Positions 26,480-32,000 of a stretch of 32,000 nt of DNA are shown here, in pieces. Position 1 is the first letter of the stretch. Every line of letters begins with the position of its first letter. This stretch comes from Thermodesulfobacterium commune DSM 2178 (GTDB lineage Bacteria; Desulfobacterota; Thermodesulfobacteria; Thermodesulfobacteriales; Thermodesulfobacteriaceae), in assembly GCF_000734015.1 (NCBI RefSeq), contig NZ_CP008796.1, positions 840,001 through 872,000 on the forward strand, in the 5' to 3' direction. The notes beneath the pieces are model-generated. The model had not been told where the DNA came from and searched no databases. It was given only the letters and a program-made list of their open reading frames with translations. Both the position numbers and the translations under genes were made by a program.

Positions 26480-27718
26480 ATGAGATTTTCAAAAAATAAA
26501 AAATTATTTTATCCCTTGGTTGGGGTAATTCTTTTAGTAATCATAGCCTTTTCAAACGGGTTTACTAAAGAAAAAAACGATGAAATCTATAAATATTTAA
26601 AACTCTTTTCTCAGGTATTAAAACTCATAGAAGACAACTATGTAACAGAGGTTTCACCTAGGGACCTTATCTATGGAGCCATAAACGGAATGCTAAATTC
26701 TTTAGACCCTTATTCTTCTTTGATGAAGCCTGAGGAGTTCAAGGAGCTTGAGATAGAAACCAAAGGAACCTTTACCGGTATTGGGATCGAGATTACCATA
26801 AAAGACGACATAATCACCGTCGTTGCCCCGATAGAAGACACTCCTGCCTGGAAAGCTGGCATCAAGCCAGGAGATAAAATTCTAAAGATAGAAGATAAAC
26901 CTACCAAAGGTATGAGTCTTACAGAGGCGGTTAAACTCTTAAGAGGTCCTAAAGGAACAAAGGTTAAAATAACCATTCTCAGGAACGATAAAGATATAAA
27001 AGAAATCACCCTCGTAAGGGATGTTATCCCTATAAAAAGTGTTAAGGTTAAGGTTCTTGAACCTGGGTATGCCTACGTGAGGATTACCAATTTTCAAGAA
27101 AAAACTCATCAAGAGTTGATAGATGTTTTGGAAGAGCTTGAGAAAAAAGAATTAAAAGGTATAGTATTAGACCTTAGATATAATCCAGGAGGACTTTTAT
27201 CCTCGGCTATAGATGTAGCAGATGAATTTTTGGAAAAAGGAGTGATTGTTTCTATAAAGGGGAAGTCTAAAGATTCAGGAATGGTGTTTGAAGCCAAACC
27301 TAACCCCTCTAACAGAAAACACCATTATCCTATCGTAATTCTTATAAATCATGGCACAGCCTCAGCCTCTGAAATAGTTACCGGTGCGTTAAAAGACCAT
27401 AAAAGAGCCCTTGTCCTTGGTCAGAAAAGTTTTGGTAAGGGAAGGGTACAAACTGTTATACCTCTTGATGATGGCTATGCAGTAAAACTAACTACTGCTT
27501 TTTATTACACCCCAAGTGGAGTTTGCATCGATAAAATCGGTATCTCTCCTGACATAGAAATACCTGCGATGGTTGAAGCTACTACTAAAGAAAAACCTAA
27601 AGACAAAGACGAAGAGGATTTACTTAAACCATGGACCTCTCCTGAAGAGGATTTTCAGGTAAAGATGGCTCTCTCTATCTTGAAAAACCTAAAAGAAATT
27701 TCTAAGTTGAATTTTTAA
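26480..27718 (+). CDS. ctpA: Carboxy-terminal processing protease (S41, PDZ-containing)
   Basis: 412 aa. It has a signal/TM, the PDZ domain FTGIGIEI...AGIKPGDKILKI, the catalytic region GTASASEI and SFGKG. Confidence 0.9.
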   Translation: MRFSKNKKLFYPLVGVILLVIIAFSNGFTKEKNDEIYKYLKLFSQVLKLIEDNYVTEVSPRDLIYGAINGMLNSLDPYSSLMKPEEFKELEIETKGTFTGIGIEITIKDDIITVVAPIEDTPAWKAGIKPGDKILKIEDKPTKGMSLTEAVKLLRGPKGTKVKITILRNDKDIKEITLVRDVIPIKSVKVKVLEPGYAYVRITNFQEKTHQELIDVLEELEKKELKGIVLDLRYNPGGLLSSAIDVADEFLEKGVIVSIKGKSKDSGMVFEAKPNPSNRKHHYPIVILINHGTASASEIVTGALKDHKRALVLGQKSFGKGRVQTVIPLDDGYAVKLTTAFYYTPSGVCIDKIGISPDIEIPAMVEATTKEKPKDKDEEDLLKPWTSPEEDFQVKMALSILKNLKEISKLNF

Positions 27719-28359
27719 TGTTTGACCCTAAGGTTTTTATACTTTTAACGCCTGTTTTGTTACTTGCCTTAACGGTCCATGAATTTTCTCATGGCCTTGT
27801 AGCTTATCTTTTAGGGGATCCTACCCCTAAACTCGCAAAAAGGCTTAGCTTAAACCCTATTAAACATCTTGATTTTTTTGGAACGTTAACTCTGTTTATT
27901 ACCCAAGCCATAGGCTGGGCCAAACCAGTACCTATCAACCCCAACTATTTTAAAAACCCCTGGAGGGACATGGCTCTTGTTTCTATAGCTGGACCTTTAT
28001 CCAACATCTTGCTTGCCTTTATCTTTGGGTTCCTTTTTCATTTATTTTATGGCTTAAATTTAAACTACTCCTCTTTTGTGATTTCCCAACCTCTTGCCCT
28101 AATGTGCTTTTTAGGTATAAAAATAAATCTTGGTCTGGCTATCTTTAACCTTTTGCCTATTCCCCCTTTAGACGGGAGTAAGGTTATTGTTAAATTTTTA
28201 CCAAAAACCTGGAGATTTAACTACCTAAGACTTGAAATGTTTGGGTTTATCTTTATTTTAATTTTAGCCATAACCGGTGTGCTTAGCAAGTTTATCTACC
28301 CTATATTAAACTGGTTGACCAATCTGATTTTAGGGATTACCAGTATAGGTAGTATTTAA
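27718..28359 (+). CDS. Site-2 protease family (M50) intramembrane metalloprotease, short SpoIVFB-like form
   Basis: 213 aa. HEFSHG sits in a TM helix and NLLPIPPLDGSK in another. Its ATG overlaps the ctpA TAA by 1 nt. Confidence 0.8.
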   Translation: MFDPKVFILLTPVLLLALTVHEFSHGLVAYLLGDPTPKLAKRLSLNPIKHLDFFGTLTLFITQAIGWAKPVPINPNYFKNPWRDMALVSIAGPLSNILLAFIFGFLFHLFYGLNLNYSSFVISQPLALMCFLGIKINLGLAIFNLLPIPPLDGSKVIVKFLPKTWRFNYLRLEMFGFIFILILAITGVLSKFIYPILNWLTNLILGITSIGSI

Positions 28360-28365
28360 AAAATC

Positions 28366-28794
28366 ATGGAAAAATCAACGCTAATACTTTGGCTTCTTAC
28401 TATAACCCTTTGGGGAATATGTCCGATCATAGAAAAAATAGGTCTTAAAAACGTAGACCCTCTTTTAGCGCTTTTTATCAGGACCTCTGCCGCTCTTATG
28501 GGATTAAGCTTAGCTGTTTTTCTCACAGGGGCGTTTAAACCAGAAGTACTAAATCTTAAAAATATAGCCGTATTATCCTTAAGCGGGATCTTGGGAGGTT
28601 TTTTGGGGATGTTAACCTATTTTACCCTGCTTAAATCTCAAAATGCCTCTCAAATAGTTCCGCTAACCTCGGTATATCCTTTGGTTTCTACTCTGTTTGC
28701 TATCCTGTTTTTAAAAGAAGAGTTGCATCTTATAAAAATCTTAGCTATTTTTCTCATTGTATCTGGGATTTTTCTTTTGTTTAAAAATCCTTAA
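28366..28794 (+). CDS. Single-EamA-domain (DMT superfamily) small membrane protein
   Basis: 142 aa with about 5 TM helices. The pattern is EamA-like (ILWGICPIIEKIGL..., C-terminal IVSGIFLL). Confidence 0.6.
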   Translation: MEKSTLILWLLTITLWGICPIIEKIGLKNVDPLLALFIRTSAALMGLSLAVFLTGAFKPEVLNLKNIAVLSLSGILGGFLGMLTYFTLLKSQNASQIVPLTSVYPLVSTLFAILFLKEELHLIKILAIFLIVSGIFLLFKNP

Positions 28795-28808
28795 TACTTA
28801 AATCTCGG

Positions 28809-29549
28809 CTATTCACTATAATTCTTAATCACTCTAAATCCCAACCCAAACAAAATAACACTATAAAAAACAAGGACTAAAACACACCCTAAGGCCAAAG
28901 TATCGAAGGTTTCTTTTCTTATAAGGATGTTTGTATAGGTAAGAGGTAACACAAAAACTACAGGTTTTAAAAATTCAGGGATACGTTCTATCGGAAAAAA
29001 GGTTCCACAGAAAAATCCCATCGGAAGGATGAAAAAGTTAAAATAGGTAGCTGTTTCTTCATGCCCTTTCGCAGACATACCTACCAAAAAACCAAGACTT
29101 GCAAACAAAAAACAGTTTAGCAAAAGAGCCAACAAAAAAGGTAAGGATAACCCAAAGTTAGGATAAGTCAAAAATCCCACAACGATGATCAAGCTTGCGG
29201 CAAAAAGCCCTTTTAACATTCCAGCAAGCACCTCTCCGATGATTATGGCACTGTAAGAAATAGGAGCAAGGTACAACACTTGAAAGGTTTTAAAATAAAG
29301 TCGATTAAGGTTTATAGAGTTGGCAATCCAGGTATAAGAGTTGGTCATAGAGGTCATGGCTACCAATCCTGGGATAAGAAAACCGAGATAACTTTTACCT
29401 TCCATCTGAACCATCCTTCCAAGCCCAAGCCCAAAAACGATAAAATAGATGATAGGAAGCATCATGGCAGAAAGGAGATATCCAAACTTTAAAAGCCTTC
29501 TTCTAAAAATCAAAAGTTCTCTCAAAAATACAGGATACCAATCCATCAT
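28809..29549 (-). CDS. ABC-2 type transporter permease
   Basis: 246 aa with 6 TM helices. Its start overlaps the stop of the upstream ATPase gene (29546-29549). Confidence 0.75.
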   Translation of the reverse strand: MMDWYPVFLRELLIFRRRLLKFGYLLSAMMLPIIYFIVFGLGLGRMVQMEGKSYLGFLIPGLVAMTSMTNSYTWIANSINLNRLYFKTFQVLYLAPISYSAIIIGEVLAGMLKGLFAASLIIVVGFLTYPNFGLSLPFLLALLLNCFLFASLGFLVGMSAKGHEETATYFNFFILPMGFFCGTFFPIERIPEFLKPVVFVLPLTYTNILIRKETFDTLALGCVLVLVFYSVILFGLGFRVIKNYSE

Positions 29550-30379
29550 TCTATCCTTTCTCCTGTAAGTTTGATAAAAACGTCTTCCAAATTAGTCTCT
29601 CTTATAACCAAAGGTAATTCGTTTTTCTTAGCAAACTCATAGGCTTCTTCTTTAGTCTTAAAAGTCCACAGTTTTAGCCTTCCTTCTTTGTCTGTATATT
29701 CTACGGTAAAAAGCCCTACTGATTGTTTAAGCGCTGAAGGAGTACCAAGGGCTATTAGCCTTCCTTTGGATAAGATACCTACCCTATCACAAAGAGCCTC
29801 TGCCTCTTCTATGTAATGGGTGGTAAGAAATACCGTTTTGTTTTGTTTTTTTATTCTTTTTATTATTTCCCAAAGATGTCTTCTTATCTGAGGGTCAAGT
29901 CCGATAGATGGTTCGTCTAAAAACAAAACCTGTGGGTCTGAAAGCAACGCCCTTGCCAGAAGAAGCCTCCTTTGCATCCCACCTGAAAGTTTAGAAACTA
30001 AGGCATCCTTTCTCTCCCAAAGGCCTACATTTTCTAACAAATCTTTGATTTTTTCTTTTAACTGACTTATTTTATGAAGTTTTCCATAGATAAACATATT
30101 CTCGTATACTGTCAAATCTCTATCTAAGTTATTTTCCTGAGGAACCACACCGATAAATTTTTTTATTTCATAGGCCTTTTTTATCACATCAAAACCGTTG
30201 ATAAAACATCTACCAGCATCAGGCTTGGTTAAGGTAGTTAAAATTTTTACTATCGTAGTTTTTCCTGCACCGTTTGGGCCAAGAAGTCCAAAAATCTCTC
30301 CTGATTTTATCTCAAAACTTACCCCATCAACTGCCTTGACCTTCCCATAGTATTTAACAAGCCCTTCAACCTTAATCAT
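29546..30379 (-). CDS. ABC transporter ATP-binding protein (DrrA/ABC-2 exporter type)
   Basis: 277 aa. It has Walker A GPNGAGKTT, signature LSGGMQRRL and Walker B VLFLDEPS. Confidence 0.9.
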   Translation of the reverse strand: MIKVEGLVKYYGKVKAVDGVSFEIKSGEIFGLLGPNGAGKTTIVKILTTLTKPDAGRCFINGFDVIKKAYEIKKFIGVVPQENNLDRDLTVYENMFIYGKLHKISQLKEKIKDLLENVGLWERKDALVSKLSGGMQRRLLLARALLSDPQVLFLDEPSIGLDPQIRRHLWEIIKRIKKQNKTVFLTTHYIEEAEALCDRVGILSKGRLIALGTPSALKQSVGLFTVEYTDKEGRLKLWTFKTKEEAYEFAKKNELPLVIRETNLEDVFIKLTGERIE

Positions 30380-30699
30380 AAAAAAAACCCTTTCATCGAC
30401 AAAAAACTAACATAAAAAGAATTTTTCTTCACTTTTTCAACCAACTTTTTTAAAGTTAATAATACCTTGTATTTAAGCACTATGCAATCCTAAATCCTTA
30501 GGAAAATTCAAAATATTCTTCTACCCGTTCTTTTACTCCAAAATCATTCAAACAGTCAAAACGATAACAGTAAAAAGGGAATTAAGACTTTTTGGACATA
30601 GAAAAAACAACTTACCCCTTATTTTTCAAAAATTATCTCTTAAAACAATTTGCCTTGTTAAAATAGATCTTTAATAGAATAGGCTACAGGGCAGGGAAT

Positions 30700-30857
30700 G
30701 ATTTGAGAGGTTAGTTTGTAGGAGGATGGTATGACCTACCAGTAGTAACCTGCCCTATTTAAAAAATATGGGTGATTGATAGGTTTATTGAAGGGGTTTA
30801 CGTGTGGTGAGTGTGGTAGGGAATAGATGTCTGAAAGGGTGTTTTACACCTTAGGAA
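30700..30857 (+). pseudogene. Probable short relic of a third IS256-like transposase gene (central segment only)
   Basis: The translation IWVIDRFIEGVYVW*VW*GIDV*KGVL resembles the ..IDA...VYV..GID..G.K.VL.. block of IS256 transposases. It shares TTACGTGTG with the decayed copy at 10188-10196. It is G-rich and C-poor like the other two IS copies. The boundaries are approximate. Confidence 0.35.
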
Positions 30858-30944
30858 TGGTGCCGGGGGCGGGACTTGAACCCGCACGGAGGTATCTCCA
30901 CTGGATCCTGAATCCAGCGCGTCTACCTATTCCGCCACCCCGGC
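30858..30944 (-). tRNA. tRNA-Leu (anticodon CAG), CCA encoded
   Basis: An 87-nt cloverleaf folded by hand: acceptor GCCGGGG/CCCCGGC, anticodon stem CTGGA/TCCAG with loop TTCAGGA, a long variable arm, T arm GCGGG-TTCAAGT-CCCGC, and a terminal ACCA. Confidence 0.9.
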
Positions 30945-31922
30945 TATGAAAGGATATTTAACAAGAAGTTCTTCTTCTGGCAAGGGTTTATCAAACAAGA
31001 AGCCCTGTACGTAAGTACAACCAATTTGTTTTATTATATCAAGTTGTCCCTGGGTTTCAACCCCCTCAGCTAAAGTCTCTATACCTAATTTTTGGGCTAA
31101 AAGTACTATCACTTCAACCAAGTCCTTATCTTTCTTATTTTTTATTATATCTTTAATAAAACTCATATCTATTTTTATCACATCGATCGGTAAAAACCTT
31201 AAACAACTTAACGCACAATACCCAGTCCCGAAATCATCTATCATCACCTTTATATTTTTCTCTTTAATCCTTTTTAAAATCTCTTTCGCATATAATATAT
31301 TTTCTATAAAAACCCTTTCTGTAATCTCTAATCTGACTTCCTTATGTTGAAAACGCGACAGAAACCTCTCTATAAAATCCTCTCTATTAAAAGAACGGGC
31401 AGAAATGTTAACCGAAATAGGTACCCTAAACCTCTCAGTCTTTTTACTTATCTCCTCAAACATCCACTCCTCAAATTTAGGTAAAAACCGGCTCCTCTCC
31501 AGATAATCTATAAACTGTGATGGGTTGTAAACCGTACCATCTACCTTTATCCTAACCAAAGCCTCTAACCCTGCTAAAGAAAGGTCTTCCACCTTAAAAT
31601 AAGGTTGGTAGTAAAAAACAAAAAGATTCTCTTTTAAAGCCTTTTCTAAGAGATAATCTAAAGAAATGATCTCCTGTGCTTTTAACTCCATAAATTGAGC
31701 AAAAAATCTAAATTCTCCTGCTCCAACTTTTTTAGCCTCACTTAAGGCAAGAGATGCCTTTTCGAGTAAATCCCTAAAATTACCTCCATCTTGAGGATAA
31801 AAACTAATACCGATGTTTGTAGAAAGGGCTATTTCTTGCCCGTCTATATTAAAGACCATTTCTTTTATCAAAGAAAGCTTCTCTATCAATCCTTGAATAT
31901 TATGATATTCCTTCTTTTCCAA
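30927..31922 (-). CDS. EAL-domain (c-di-GMP phosphodiesterase-like) protein with the C-terminal part of a degenerate GGDEF domain; the upstream GGDEF part (31926-32000 and beyond) is in another frame
   Basis: EAL motifs are present: YYQPYF, LEALVR, EITE, DDFGTGY, KIDMSFI, AEGVET and QGFLF. Upstream, the translation ...LTARIGSDEFACF continues the same protein in a different frame. The 5' end lies outside the window. Confidence 0.8.
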   Translation of the reverse strand: MEKKEYHNIQGLIEKLSLIKEMVFNIDGQEIALSTNIGISFYPQDGGNFRDLLEKASLALSEAKKVGAGEFRFFAQFMELKAQEIISLDYLLEKALKENLFVFYYQPYFKVEDLSLAGLEALVRIKVDGTVYNPSQFIDYLERSRFLPKFEEWMFEEISKKTERFRVPISVNISARSFNREDFIERFLSRFQHKEVRLEITERVFIENILYAKEILKRIKEKNIKVMIDDFGTGYCALSCLRFLPIDVIKIDMSFIKDIIKNKKDKDLVEVIVLLAQKLGIETLAEGVETQGQLDIIKQIGCTYVQGFLFDKPLPEEELLVKYPFIAGVAE

Positions 31923-32000
31923 AAAACAAGCAAACTCATCAGATCCGATCCTGGCTGTTAATTGATTGCTTTTTTGAAAAAGACTTTTAAAAAAATTACC

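Noticed and set aside
30688-30756. Long imperfect hairpin (AGGGCAGG...GGTTA..GTAGG-loop-CCTAC..TAACC/CCTGCCCT) considered as a riboswitch or small RNA
   Set aside because: I recognise no conserved riboswitch or sRNA core. No plus-strand gene lies downstream, because it runs into the convergent tRNA-Leu. The segment lies within or next to the C-depleted IS-like relic, so relic sequence is the simpler explanation. A covariance-model scan (Rfam) would settle it.
30843-30857. Small hairpin GGTGT-ttt-ACACC just downstream of tRNA-Leu (minus strand), considered as its terminator
   Set aside because: The stem is only 5 bp with a poor U-tract (CTTTC). That is too weak to call, especially for a thermophile.
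1-32000. Search by eye for CRISPR arrays, prophage modules, toxin-antitoxin pairs, restriction-modification or other defence islands
   Set aside because: I saw no regularly spaced direct repeats, no phage structural or integrase genes, and no small paired ORFs. The only repeats found are the IS-related sequences, one 14-nt tandem, one 9-nt tandem and one AT palindrome.

Overview
This is an AT-rich bacterial chromosome segment. The two tRNA genes are much more GC-rich than the surrounding DNA, and the proteins resemble those of a thermophilic sulfur- or sulfate-respiring lineage such as Thermodesulfobacteriota; the taxon is inference only. About two thirds of the window (10.9-30.4 kb) is ordinary core genome. 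It holds a sirtuin plus an RNase-H-like protein, htpX, an MsbA-like exporter, and a very compact waaC-gmhB-rng-punA-pnp block. It also holds a PsrABC/PhsABC-type molybdopterin oxidoreductase operon, resB, an S41 protease translationally coupled to an M50 protease, an EamA protein and an ABC-2 exporter pair. The left third (0.87-10.8 kb) looks accessory and is more AT-rich. It is a minus-strand trehalose/alpha-glucan locus with a fused otsA-otsB gene, an uncharacterised two-repeat protein, a TreT-like synthase, a GT4 glycosyltransferase and a GDE/GH133-like glucosidase, and it is riddled with IS256-family DNA. One intact IS (6381-7719) has an 8-bp target duplication and splits the otsA-otsB fusion, which also carries a 1-nt homopolymer frameshift. 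A decayed second copy ends at the 3' end of tRNA-Arg, and a probable third relic ends at the 3' end of tRNA-Leu. All three IS pieces share an unusual G-rich, C-depleted composition. A GGDEF-EAL gene at the right edge also has a homopolymer frameshift, and its stop codon lies inside tRNA-Leu. I see no CRISPR array, prophage or recognisable defence system. The best candidates for undescribed biology are the two-repeat protein wedged between otsB and treT, the GT4/GDE-like pair, and the S41-M50 protease pair. All functional calls rest on motif recognition by eye, and no database search was run.
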